From Gammaproteobacteria bacterium (GTDB taxonomy: Bacteria; Pseudomonadota; Gammaproteobacteria; JAJDYQ01), in the NCBI GenBank assembly GCA_022825085.1, contig JAJDYQ010000107.1, forward strand, positions 5,409 to 69,408: DNA of 64,000 nt, written 5' to 3'. The position numbers and the translations under genes are program-made. How positions within the stretch are numbered: the stretch's first letter is position 1; each line of letters starts with the position of its first letter. Positions 54,830 through 64,000 of this stretch are shown here, piece after piece. Below the pieces are notes generated by a model. That model made no database searches and was not told the DNA's origin. It was given only the letters and a program-made list of their open reading frames with translations.

Positions 54830-55360
54830 ATGGCTTTACTGAACATACTGCATTTTCCTGACAAACGCCTGCGGTGCAAGGCGAAGCCAGTCGAAGAAAT
54901 CAACGACAGCACCCGCCAACTGGTGGAAGATATGTTTGAGACCATGTATGACGCCCCCGGAATAGGTCTTGCCGCCATTCAGGTGAATATTCCACAGCGA
55001 GTCATTGTTGTCGATGTGAGCGGGGACAGATCCCGGCCACTGGCACTGATCAACCCTGAAGTCACCGTTCTTGAAGGCATCGAAAGTATGGATGAAGGCT
55101 GCCTGTCCGTGCCGGGTGTATTCGAGAAGGTAGAAAGAGCAGACAAAATTACGGTCAAGGCACTAAACCCGCACGGTGAAGAGTTTGTAATGGATGCGGA
55201 TGGTTTACTTGCGGTGTGTATTCAACATGAGATTGATCATCTGGATGGCAAGCTGTTTATTGATTATCTTTCTGAATTAAAGCGCCAGAGGATCCGCAAG
55301 AAGCTGGGCAAACAGGGCAGGAGACAGTCCGGTTTTGAAAATCGCAGGCAGGTAATTTAG
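54830..55360 (+). CDS. def: Peptide deformylase
   Basis: 176 aa; [17 protein letters not shown] and HEIDHLDG motifs. Confidence 0.95.
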   Translation: MALLNILHFPDKRLRCKAKPVEEINDSTRQLVEDMFETMYDAPGIGLAAIQVNIPQRVIVVDVSGDRSRPLALINPEVTVLEGIESMDEGCLSVPGVFEKVERADKITVKALNPHGEEFVMDADGLLAVCIQHEIDHLDGKLFIDYLSELKRQRIRKKLGKQGRRQSGFENRRQVI

Positions 55361-55384
55361 CATCTTTTAATCGTGCTGGACAAT

Positions 55385-56350
55385 ATGCCTTCATCGCCTC
55401 TGGAGATAGTATTTGCCGGCACTCCTGACTTTGCTGTTCCAACTTTACAGGCCCTGATAGAAAGCCATCACAGAGTGATTGCAGCTTACACCCAACCGGA
55501 CCGGCTGGCAGGCCGGGGGAGAAAAATGCTGTCGTCTCCGGTTAAGCGGTTATCTGTTCAGCAGCAGATTAAAATTTATCAGCCTGAGAGCCTGCGCACA
55601 GAAGAAGCCAGAGAACATCTGCGGGCGCTGTGCCCGGATGTCATGGTCGTTGTGGCTTATGGACAGATATTACCGCCGGATATATTGCAGATACCAAAGT
55701 ATGGCTGCCTCAATGTTCACGCATCGCTGCTCCCGCGCTGGCGTGGCGCTGCCCCGATCCAGCGGGCGATACTCGCAGGAGACCGAGAAACGGGGATTGC
55801 CGTAATGCAGATGGATGAAGGGCTCGATACCGGCAATATATTGAGTCGTGTCAGAACCCCCATCCACGATAAAGATAACGGTCAGACACTGCACGACAGA
55901 TTGGCTGCAATGGGAGCAGCGGCCCTGATAAAAGCACTGGATGACATGGCTGGAGGCTCACTGCCACAGGCGATGCCGCAGAATGATAATGATGCCTGTT
56001 ACGCGGCAAAACTGACCAAAGCCGAAGCAGCCATAGACTGGTCTCGACCAACCGGAGAGATTGTGCGGGCGATAAGAGGTTTTAATCCCTGGCCGGTGGC
56101 CCATACGGAATTTGACGGCGAACCATTGCGCATCTGGCAGGCATCCGATGTAAGCCGCACCACACATGTCGCGGCGGGGGAGGTGATCTCGATCAATCAC
56201 AACATCACTGTCGCAACCGGCAATGGATGTCTGGAACTTCTGGAAGTTCAACCGGCCGGCGGAACACGCATGTCCGCACAGGCGTTTCTAAACTCCCGCA
56301 GAGAGATCATTGAACCCGGCTATATTTTTGGTCAATCGCAGAAAAAATAA
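55385..56350 (+). CDS. fmt: Methionyl-tRNA formyltransferase
   Basis: LEIVFAGTPDFAVPTL N-terminus, HASLLPRWRGAAPIQ. ORF is open from 55373. Confidence 0.93.
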   Translation: MPSSPLEIVFAGTPDFAVPTLQALIESHHRVIAAYTQPDRLAGRGRKMLSSPVKRLSVQQQIKIYQPESLRTEEAREHLRALCPDVMVVVAYGQILPPDILQIPKYGCLNVHASLLPRWRGAAPIQRAILAGDRETGIAVMQMDEGLDTGNILSRVRTPIHDKDNGQTLHDRLAAMGAAALIKALDDMAGGSLPQAMPQNDNDACYAAKLTKAEAAIDWSRPTGEIVRAIRGFNPWPVAHTEFDGEPLRIWQASDVSRTTHVAAGEVISINHNITVATGNGCLELLEVQPAGGTRMSAQAFLNSRREIIEPGYIFGQSQKK

Positions 56351-57647
56351 AAGCCCACCGGGAATAAATGTCCGTGAGCAGGCGGTGCGTGTGCTTGTGC
56401 GTATCATTGATGGGCACCAGACCCTGGACAACACCCTGGAGCGGCATCTGATCCGCGTAGAACCCATTGACCGCCCGTTACTGCAAGTCCTGTGCTATGG
56501 CGTTATGCGCTGGTATCCGCAACTCAGGGAATGGCTGGCACAGCTTTCGGACAAACCTGCTGGGCAACTAAAGCCGGAAGTCCGGGTATTAATACTGCTG
56601 GGAATTTACCAGCTGCGATATACACATATACCCCCACATGCGGCCATTCATGCCACCGTCGAGTGCGCCGCCTCTTTTTTGCAAGCCTCCCGTGCCGGCG
56701 GTTTCATCAATGCAATACTCCGGGAGTATCAGCGGTGCGACAAGCAGGGCTCACTAACAGATAACGAAGCGACCCGTTATGCACATCAGAGCTGGATGCT
56801 GGACATGATACGAATAGACTGGCCGGAAGACTGGCAGAGAGTGGTGCAGAATAATAATCAACAGGCACCGATGGTGCTGCGCCTGGATGTTGCCAACATG
56901 TCAGTCAGGAAATACCTTGAATTGCTGGACAAAACTGGAATTGAGGCCAATGTTCATCAATATGTACCCACAGCGATAGTTCTGAAAAAAGCTGTTGATG
57001 TAGAGCAGCTTCCCGGCTTCGAACAGGGTCTGGTCTCCGTTCAGGATGCAGCCGCCCAGCTGGCAGCACCGCTGCTGGAAGCGACACCGCAACATCGGGT
57101 ACTTGATGCCTGCGCTGCCCCCGGAGGGAAAACGGCGCATATTCTGCAACAGGTCAGGACTGCAAAACTGGTGGCGCTGGACTCCAATCCACAACGGCTG
57201 AAAAAACTTGAACAACTATTTGAGCGCATTCACCAGAACGCGGAAATTGTTACCGGCGATGCTTCCCAACCTGAGCACTGGTGGGATGGCAGACATTTCG
57301 ACCGAATCCTGCTTGATGTCCCTTGCAGTGCCAGCGGAGTCATACGTCGCCACCCTGACATTAAAACTCGTTCACCGCATGCCGTACAGAAAATAGCAAA
57401 ACGCCAGGCACGGATACTGGATGCTGTCTGGGGCCTCCTTGCCAAGGGAGGCAGAATGGTTTACGTCACCTGCTCCGTGTTCAAACTGGAAAATCAATAT
57501 CAAATAGAATGCTTTCTGCAACGCCAAAGTGATGCTATGACAAAACCGATTGAAAGCGAATGGGGTCAGGGACAAATCGGACGCCAGATACTACCAGGTG
57601 AAGGCGACATGGATGGATTTTATTTTGCGATACTGGAAAAAAGGTGA
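56310..57647 (+). CDS. rsmB: 16S rRNA (cytosine967-C5)-methyltransferase RsmB
   Basis: 445 aa; NusB-like N-domain and SAM-MTase core (DACAAPGGKT, DVPCSASGVIRRHPDIK, TCSV). Start overlaps the fmt 3-prime end and is uncertain. Confidence 0.88.
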   Translation: MNPAIFLVNRRKNKSPPGINVREQAVRVLVRIIDGHQTLDNTLERHLIRVEPIDRPLLQVLCYGVMRWYPQLREWLAQLSDKPAGQLKPEVRVLILLGIYQLRYTHIPPHAAIHATVECAASFLQASRAGGFINAILREYQRCDKQGSLTDNEATRYAHQSWMLDMIRIDWPEDWQRVVQNNNQQAPMVLRLDVANMSVRKYLELLDKTGIEANVHQYVPTAIVLKKAVDVEQLPGFEQGLVSVQDAAAQLAAPLLEATPQHRVLDACAAPGGKTAHILQQVRTAKLVALDSNPQRLKKLEQLFERIHQNAEIVTGDASQPEHWWDGRHFDRILLDVPCSASGVIRRHPDIKTRSPHAVQKIAKRQARILDAVWGLLAKGGRMVYVTCSVFKLENQYQIECFLQRQSDAMTKPIESEWGQGQIGRQILPGEGDMDGFYFAILEKR

Positions 57648-58240
57648 GGCACCTCACCGAATCGACAATATGCTTTTTGCTGCTTGCAGGCCAGCTTCTG
57701 CCGGGCATGGCCTGTGCAGACAACGAAACCTTTGCCAAGTATGATATTCAGGTAGAGCAGGAACAGGCACACTTAACTTTAAGGGGCGATATTCATTTTA
57801 ATTTCAGTCGGGTAGCCCTTGAAGCACTGGATAATGGTCTCCCCATTACGTTGATCACCGAAATTGAACTGGTGGAGCCCGGTGCATGGCCCTGGAGCCG
57901 TGCCATCTGGGAAAAATCATTCACCCATGAAATTCAGTACCACGCCCTGAGTCAACAGTACCTGGTCAAAAGCATTCAGGCCGGCTTCCCTAAAGCCTAT
58001 CTGACGCTCAGTTCGGCACTAAAGGCATTAGGCAGGATTGAAAACCTTGAAGTCCGCAAACCGGAAAAGTCAGATCCAGACAAAAACCATATCATACAGG
58101 TACGCACAGGACTGGACAGCGAGAAACTGCCGATTCCGCTCAGGCCACTGACCTATTTGTCCAATAGCTGGCGTCTGCGAGGCAACTGGCAGAAGATTTA
58201 CTGGCAGAATACTGAAAGGGAAGATGCAGATTTACGGTAA
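57644..58240 (+). CDS. DUF4390-domain protein (conserved rsmB/ntrY neighbour)
   Basis: 198 aa with a signal-like N-terminus. Same position as DUF4390 genes in fmt-rsmB-DUF4390-ntrY loci. Confidence 0.65.
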   Translation: MRHLTESTICFLLLAGQLLPGMACADNETFAKYDIQVEQEQAHLTLRGDIHFNFSRVALEALDNGLPITLITEIELVEPGAWPWSRAIWEKSFTHEIQYHALSQQYLVKSIQAGFPKAYLTLSSALKALGRIENLEVRKPEKSDPDKNHIIQVRTGLDSEKLPIPLRPLTYLSNSWRLRGNWQKIYWQNTEREDADLR

Positions 58241-60416
58241 AAACCAGTCCAGATGGGCGCTCGTTTTTCTGGTGCTGGCGTTATTTGCCGGCCTGCTGGT
58301 CTCGCTTTACCTGCTTAGTAATGCAACTGAAAACTCCGCCTCCATCGGCCCCTACTATTCATGGTTACTGCTCGGCAATGCCATCGGCCTCATCATTCTG
58401 GCGACCATACTGGGGCACCAGCTATACCACCTGTTTTTGGAATACAGACAACGTCGTGCCGGCATCCGCTTGACACTGCGCATGGTGATCATGTTTGTCA
58501 TACTGGCCATTGTGCCCGCATCACTGGTTTATGTTCTATCGATTCAGTTTTTACAGCGAGGCATTGATAGCTGGTTTGATGTCAGGATTGAGGCCGCCCT
58601 TGGTGACGCCCTCGACTTAAGCCGCGACGCCATGGCCGGGCGAATTCGTGAAAAGGCGCGCATAACCCTGGCAATGGCAGAGTCACTGGCCGATACACCG
58701 ACCAGTCTGGCCACCCTTGATATGGTCGATCTTCGGCTATCCGGCTCTGCCGATGAAATCGCGCTGCTTGACACTGCCGGGCGGGTTTATGCGTTCAGCA
58801 ATATCGATCCAGAGGTAGTTGTTCCCCACGCACCCAGCGAGCTGGTGTACAGCCAGTTACGTCAGGGGTATCCATATCTCGACATGGAACCAATTGAAGA
58901 CCGTGGTTTCTTTATTCGAGTTGTCATCGCCATACCCGACACAGCCAGCGTAATAACCGGAGAAAAACGGCTGATTCAGGCACTCTATCCGGTAGCAGAA
59001 CGATTAAACACCCTTGCACAAAGCGTACAATCTGCGTTTGGAGCCTATAAGGAGCTATCCTATATTCGGGATGAGCTGAAACAGAGCTTTATTCTTACGC
59101 TTTCTCTGGCGTTTGCGCTTAATATTCTGACGGCCGTTGTGGTTGCTGTACTGTCTGCCCGACGCATGGTTGAACCAATACGCATTCTTCTGGATGGCAC
59201 CCGGGCATTGTCCAGAGGGGAATACGATAAACAGCTGGCAGTAACCAGCCAGGATGAGCTGGGACAACTGGTGGGCTCATTCAATGACATGACACTGAAA
59301 ATTGCCGAAGCCAGCCAACAGGCCCGCCTGGGCCAGATAGCTGCTGAAGAAGAGCGGACCTATGTACAAACCGTATTGTCCCGTCTGACTTCTGGTCTGA
59401 TTACATTTAATAACCGGCGTCGAATCGTCACCATGAACCCCATGGCCTCCCGAATACTGTTCAACTCTGAACATGACATGGCCGGTCAGAGTCTGGATGA
59501 AGTCATTGACTCATACCCTTATTTGCAGGAACTTTATAACTGCCTGAGTCGAAATATGGATTCGGGCAAACACGAATGGCAGGAAGAACTCACCATTCTT
59601 AACCAGCATGGTCGTCAGGTATTAATTATTAACGGCACCCTGCTGTCCCAAGAGCCTGGTCACGAAGGCGAACATATCGTCATGTTTGATGATGTCACTG
59701 AATTTGTACAGGCACAGCGCGACGCCGCCTGGGAAGAAATGGCACGCCGGCTGGCGCATGAAATCAAGAACCCCCTGACGCCGATTCAGCTATCCGCCGA
59801 GCGGGTACGACATAAATGCCTGCAAGAAATATCGGGCCAACCTGCGGAAGTACTGGACAGATCGACCAGGACCATCATCGATCAAGTTGAGGCCATGAAG
59901 GGAATGGTTAATGCTTTTACACAGTATGCCCGCAACCCCGAACTGAAAATGATTCCGTTATCGCCGAACAAACTGATTAGCGAGATCATTAACATGTACG
60001 AAGGAGACCACCTTTTTCCACAAGTACGACTGGAACTGACCAGAGACGCTCACACGATAATTGCCGATCAGGATCGGCTGCGGCAACTACTGCACAACCT
60101 GATCAAAAACTCGATTGAAGCCATGGAGCAAACATTGCAGCCGATGTTAAGGGTTACAACAAAGCTATTCGGTGATGCGGATATCTGTAGTTTACAAATG
60201 ACTGTTCAGGACAATGGCCCCGGCTTTGATCGCAGCGTCATCAATAACATTTTTGAACCGTACGTAACGACCAAGGACCATGGCACCGGCCTGGGGATGG
60301 CCATCGTGAAAAAAATTGTTGAGGAACACAACGGCACCATATCGGTGAGCAATGTTGCTGAAGGTGGTGCCAGAATAACCATCACACTGCCCTGTCAGGC
60401 CAAACACAAGACATAA
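58224..60416 (+). CDS. NtrY-like sensor histidine kinase (4TM-HAMP-PAS-HisKA-HATPase)
   Basis: 730 aa; N-terminal TM bundle, PAS region, H-box LAHEIKNPLTPIQLSAE, C-terminal HATPase (GTGLGMAIVKKIVEEHNG). Confidence 0.88.
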   Translation: MQIYGKNQSRWALVFLVLALFAGLLVSLYLLSNATENSASIGPYYSWLLLGNAIGLIILATILGHQLYHLFLEYRQRRAGIRLTLRMVIMFVILAIVPASLVYVLSIQFLQRGIDSWFDVRIEAALGDALDLSRDAMAGRIREKARITLAMAESLADTPTSLATLDMVDLRLSGSADEIALLDTAGRVYAFSNIDPEVVVPHAPSELVYSQLRQGYPYLDMEPIEDRGFFIRVVIAIPDTASVITGEKRLIQALYPVAERLNTLAQSVQSAFGAYKELSYIRDELKQSFILTLSLAFALNILTAVVVAVLSARRMVEPIRILLDGTRALSRGEYDKQLAVTSQDELGQLVGSFNDMTLKIAEASQQARLGQIAAEEERTYVQTVLSRLTSGLITFNNRRRIVTMNPMASRILFNSEHDMAGQSLDEVIDSYPYLQELYNCLSRNMDSGKHEWQEELTILNQHGRQVLIINGTLLSQEPGHEGEHIVMFDDVTEFVQAQRDAAWEEMARRLAHEIKNPLTPIQLSAERVRHKCLQEISGQPAEVLDRSTRTIIDQVEAMKGMVNAFTQYARNPELKMIPLSPNKLISEIINMYEGDHLFPQVRLELTRDAHTIIADQDRLRQLLHNLIKNSIEAMEQTLQPMLRVTTKLFGDADICSLQMTVQDNGPGFDRSVINNIFEPYVTTKDHGTGLGMAIVKKIVEEHNGTISVSNVAEGGARITITLPCQAKHKT

Positions 60417-60424
60417 GACCGGAT

Positions 60425-61924
60425 TTACTTATTATAACGACGATAACCAATCGCCTCGGTTAAGTGCGGTGTTTCTATACCATCGCTGCCGGCAATATCC
60501 GCAATCGTGCGGGCCACCCTCAATATACGGTCATGGGCCCGAGACGACAGACCGAATTTTTCCGTTGTTGCCAGCAACAGCTTTTCATCTGCGGGAGCTA
60601 TGGTACAGACCTGCTTCATTCGGGCGGGTCTTAGCTTTCCATTGGCGACACCGTTCCGCTGTAACTGCCTTTGTCGTGCAGCCACGACACGCTCCCTGAT
60701 TGTTACGCTATCCTCCGGGGACTGCTGCCCCTGGAACTCGGCCGGTTTAATACGTGGAACCTCAATATATAAATCAATGCGGTCCAGAAAGGGGCCGGTA
60801 ATCCGGCCACGATAACGCTGAATCTGATCGGGGGTATCCGTACAGGCATGACGGGAATCACCGAGATAGCCACAGGGACAGGGATTCATGGCAGCGATAA
60901 GCTGCACATTGGCCGGAAACTCTGCCTGGCGGGCAGCGCGGGAAATAACGATATGTCCCGTTTCCAGGGGTTCACGCAGGCTGTCCAGCACACGTCGGTC
61001 GAACTCCGGCAGCTCATCAAGAAACAACACCCCATTGTGTGCGAGGGAGATCTCACCTGGTCTGGGATTGGAACCACCACCGACAAGTGCTACAGAAGAA
61101 GCCGTGTGATGAGGGGCCCTGTATGGCCTTTGGGCGTTGACTGTCACCTTCTGCACGCCAGACACCAATGACTGAACTGCTGCGGTTTCCAGTGTCTCCT
61201 GCTCCGTCATGGGGGGCATGATGGTAGGCAATCTTTCCGCCAGCATGGACTTGCCTGTCCCTGGAGGGCCGATAAACAACAGACTGTGCTGCCCGGCAGC
61301 GGCAATTTCGAGGGCGCGTTTGGCATGAGCCTGACCTTTTACCTCAGACATATCGACCCCGTATCGGCTCATTTCCACAGCCTCACTGGTGATAGTCAGA
61401 CTATGCAGGGCATTGCCATCCAGCAGATGCCGGGTCACATCCAGCAGATGCTGCGCCGGATAGATGGTAGCACACCGAATCAATGATGCCTCATGGCTGT
61501 TATGCTCCGGGATGATGATGCTTCGATTCAATTTCTGTGCCTGCAGAATGGACGGCAATACCCCGCGCACCGGTTGCAGCGCCCCTCCGAGAGACAACTC
61601 ACCGAAAAACTCATACTCGCCAAGCACATCCTTATCAATCTGGCCAGAGGCGGCGAGAATACCCAGAGCTATCGGCAGATCAAAGCGGCCACCTTCTTTG
61701 GGCAGATCGGCTGGTGCAAGGTTAATGGTCAGGCGTCTGGCGGGAAACTCAAAGCCGGAATTGATAATGGCGCTGCGCACGCGATCGCGGCTTTCCTTGA
61801 CGGCTGTTTCAGGCAGGCCAACGATTGAAAGGGCTGGCAGACCATTGGAGACATGTACCTCGACCGAAACTTCAGGAGCGTTGATGCCTGCCAGTGCGCG
61901 GGTATGGACATGGGCTAAAGACAT
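60425..61924 (-). CDS. comM: YifB/ComM Mg-chelatase-family AAA+ ATPase
   Basis: 499 aa; ChlI-like N-domain, Walker A FIGPPGTGKS, C-terminal Mg_chelatase_C. Confidence 0.92.
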   Translation of the reverse strand: MSLAHVHTRALAGINAPEVSVEVHVSNGLPALSIVGLPETAVKESRDRVRSAIINSGFEFPARRLTINLAPADLPKEGGRFDLPIALGILAASGQIDKDVLGEYEFFGELSLGGALQPVRGVLPSILQAQKLNRSIIIPEHNSHEASLIRCATIYPAQHLLDVTRHLLDGNALHSLTITSEAVEMSRYGVDMSEVKGQAHAKRALEIAAAGQHSLLFIGPPGTGKSMLAERLPTIMPPMTEQETLETAAVQSLVSGVQKVTVNAQRPYRAPHHTASSVALVGGGSNPRPGEISLAHNGVLFLDELPEFDRRVLDSLREPLETGHIVISRAARQAEFPANVQLIAAMNPCPCGYLGDSRHACTDTPDQIQRYRGRITGPFLDRIDLYIEVPRIKPAEFQGQQSPEDSVTIRERVVAARQRQLQRNGVANGKLRPARMKQVCTIAPADEKLLLATTEKFGLSSRAHDRILRVARTIADIAGSDGIETPHLTEAIGYRRYNK

Positions 61925-61930
61925 CGAAAA

Positions 61931-62170
61931 TCAAGAGCTTTTTTCGATCTCTGCCAGCCTTTGCTCAAGGGCTTCGAGTTTTTCGCGGGTACGACTCAAC
62001 ACCGTCTGCTGGGCATCAAACTCATCGCGCGTAACCAATGACATTCGGGCAAAAGCATTATCGAGCACGGCACGAAAGTTTTTTTGCAGATCTTCCTGCA
62101 AATGACCGATATCTGTGGGCAGGGCGGCAGCCAGCTGCCCAACGATCTCATCCAGTATTCTGGGATTCAT
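61931..62170 (-). CDS. ubiK: UbiK/YqiC-family accessory protein
   Basis: About 80 aa coiled-coil (DEFDAQQTVLSRTREKLEALEQRLAEIE). ORF is open to 62194; MNPRILDEIV start preferred. Confidence 0.7.
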   Translation of the reverse strand: MNPRILDEIVGQLAAALPTDIGHLQEDLQKNFRAVLDNAFARMSLVTRDEFDAQQTVLSRTREKLEALEQRLAEIEKSS

Positions 62171-62295
62171 AAGTCCTCCATGCGGACTCTGCATTATAAA
62201 GGCAGCACGGCAGTTTTACACCCCTATGAAGTTGCAGCGATTTCAAGTGCTGCCCCCACACACAAGGCATAGACCCGATGTCACCGATGGCTATA

Positions 62296-62323
62296 TTGAC
62301 AACGCACGGATTTGTGTTATGGT
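62296..62323 (+). promoter_or_regulatory. Candidate sigma70 promoter for glnK-amtB (TTGACA-16-TATGGT)
   Basis: Perfect -35 hexamer TTGACA at 62296, 16-nt spacer, then TATGGT. About 55 nt upstream of the glnK ATG. Confidence 0.4.
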
Positions 62324-62375
62324 GCGCCCTGTCGCTGACTGCCCGGTCAGTTTTTAGCACTTACAGGAGGCATGA

Positions 62376-62717
<342 letters not shown>

Positions 62718-62737
62718 CTTGCAGGGAGACTAAGACA

Positions 62738-64000
62738 ATGACAACTTTCAAATATCTGTTAGTAGCAGCGTCCATCATACTCCTGCCGGAGGCAGCAATT
62801 GCGCAGGGAGCACAACTGAATGAGGCCAATACCGGCTGGATCCTGACGGCTACAGCGCTGGTATTATTGATGACCCTGCCGGGACTATCCATGTTCTATG
62901 CGGGACTTGTGCGCAGCAAAAACGTCCTGTCCGTATTCATGCAGTGTTTTGCTGTGGCCTGCCTGATGTCACTGTTGTGGTTTGCGGTCGGTTACAGTCT
63001 GGCCTTTACTGAGGGCAATGCCGTCATTGGCGACTTCAGCAAGGTATTCATGGCGGGCGTTGGTCGCGACACATTAAGTGGCGACATACCGGAAAGCCTG
63101 TTCATGGCTTTTCAGATGACCTTTGCGGTTATTACACCGGCCCTGATAGTCGGCGGCTTTGCCGAGCGCATGCGTTTTTCGGCAATGCTGCTATTCTCAG
63201 CCGCCTGGTTGCTGCTGGTCTATGCGCCGGTGACACACTGGGTCTGGGGTGGCGGCTGGCTGGGCAGCATGGGCCTGTACGACTTTGCCGGCGGTACGGT
63301 GGTACATATTACTGCCGGTGTTGCCGCACTGACAGCTGCCGTTGTAATGGGTAGTCGCAAGGGCTTTCCTGACTCCGCCATGATGCCACACAACCTCTCC
63401 ATGACTATCGCCGGTGCCGGCCTGCTATGGGTTGGCTGGTTCGGTTTTAACGGTGGTTCCGCTCTGGCAGCCAATGGCGACGCCGCCATGGCACTGCTGG
63501 TGACACATATCTCGGCGGCCTGCGGTTCCCTGATGTGGATGGTGATGGAATGGATCAAGTACGGCAAACCCTCCGTGCTGGGCATCGTGACCGGCATGGT
63601 AGCCGGCCTGGGCACCATTACCCCCGCTTCCGGCTTTGTCGGCCCTGCAGGTGCCATGGTGATCGGCCTGCTGGCGGGATTTATCTGCTACAACGCAACG
63701 GTCTTCATCAAGCGCACACTGAAAATCGACGACTCCCTTGACGTATTCCCGGTTCACGGCGTAGGTGGTGTCCTTGGAACGCTGCTGGTCGGCATATTTG
63801 CCTCCACCGAACTGGGCATTTTCAGTGGTTACGGATTTGCTGATGGCATTACCGGCATGGGTAGTCAACTGGCCGTGCAGGCCATCGGTGCGATATCCGT
63901 ACTGGTCTATACAGCCATAGTGACCTTCGTGATTCTAAAGATCGTTGATGCAATCCTGGGATTGCGGGTAACCGCTGACGAAGAAATTGAAGGTCTTGAC
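62738..64000 (+). CDS. amtB: Ammonium transporter AmtB (5-prime partial view, continues beyond window)
   Basis: Signal peptide plus Amt/MEP/Rh signature region (DFAGGTVVHITAGVAAL, GFNGGSAL). No stop within the window. Confidence 0.93.
   Translation, partial: MTTFKYLLVAASIILLPEAAIAQGAQLNEANTGWILTATALVLLMTLPGLSMFYAGLVRSKNVLSVFMQCFAVACLMSLLWFAVGYSLAFTEGNAVIGDFSKVFMAGVGRDTLSGDIPESLFMAFQMTFAVITPALIVGGFAERMRFSAMLLFSAAWLLLVYAPVTHWVWGGGWLGSMGLYDFAGGTVVHITAGVAALTAAVVMGSRKGFPDSAMMPHNLSMTIAGAGLLWVGWFGFNGGSALAANGDAAMALLVTHISAACGSLMWMVMEWIKYGKPSVLGIVTGMVAGLGTITPASGFVGPAGAMVIGLLAGFICYNATVFIKRTLKIDDSLDVFPVHGVGGVLGTLLVGIFASTELGIFSGYGFADGITGMGSQLAVQAIGAISVLVYTAIVTFVILKIVDAILGLRVTADEEIEGLD

Overview
This window reads as a core chromosomal segment of a roughly 50% GC gammaproteobacterium. 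All coordinates and calls below were made by eye from the six-frame ORF track and the sequence; no searches or alignments were run.

Several blocks match Pseudomonas-type gene order:
- tsaP-like LysM gene, then dprA, divergent from def-fmt-rsmB.
- comM(yifB), ubiK and glnK-amtB.
- nrdA-nrdB with the long N-terminal NrdB form.

Housekeeping content, in order:
- a partial DUF255 thioredoxin-domain gene, then tatCBA (all minus strand);
- a GDP-fucose block (fcl, gmd) that is translationally coupled to thrS, with tRNA-Val(GAC) just upstream;
- uvrB, an AspC-family aminotransferase and tRNA-Asn;
- an LPS/O-antigen block (galU, a PglF/WbpM-like dehydratase, a WecA/WbpL-like GT4 transferase);
- infC-rpmI-rplT-pheST-ihfA and a MerR regulator;
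- thiDE, hemL, a LysE exporter and an ATM1-type ABC exporter;
- ppa, nrdAB, topA, dprA, def-fmt-rsmB, a DUF4390 gene with an NtrY-like kinase, comM, ubiK and glnK-amtB (amtB partial).

Accessory-looking material sits 3-prime of two proline tRNA genes:
- tRNA-Pro(GGG) is followed by AT-rich GT2 glycosyltransferase and epimerase genes plus hypotheticals.
- tRNA-Pro(CGG) is followed by a Fic protein whose reading frame continues past its stop codon, plus AT-rich non-coding DNA.

The most unusual locus is a minus-strand signalling cluster at 39.1-43.7 kb. It contains a Hanks-type Ser/Thr kinase fused to an N-terminal pseudo-receiver, a small cationic-tailed protein, a signal-peptide VWA-TM-FHA protein, a stand-alone CheY-like receiver and a hypothetical. 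There is no cognate phosphatase or known secretion-system context.

Other oddities:
- a Trp/Pro/Gly/Asn-rich low-complexity secreted protein;
- a frameshifted and shortened smg remnant between dprA and topA;
- an NtrY-like kinase with no NtrX partner;
- infC with a non-AUG start;
- a stand-alone S24 peptidase with an apparent Lys-to-Arg change at the catalytic position.

I found no CRISPR array, IS element, integrase or recognisable defence system.
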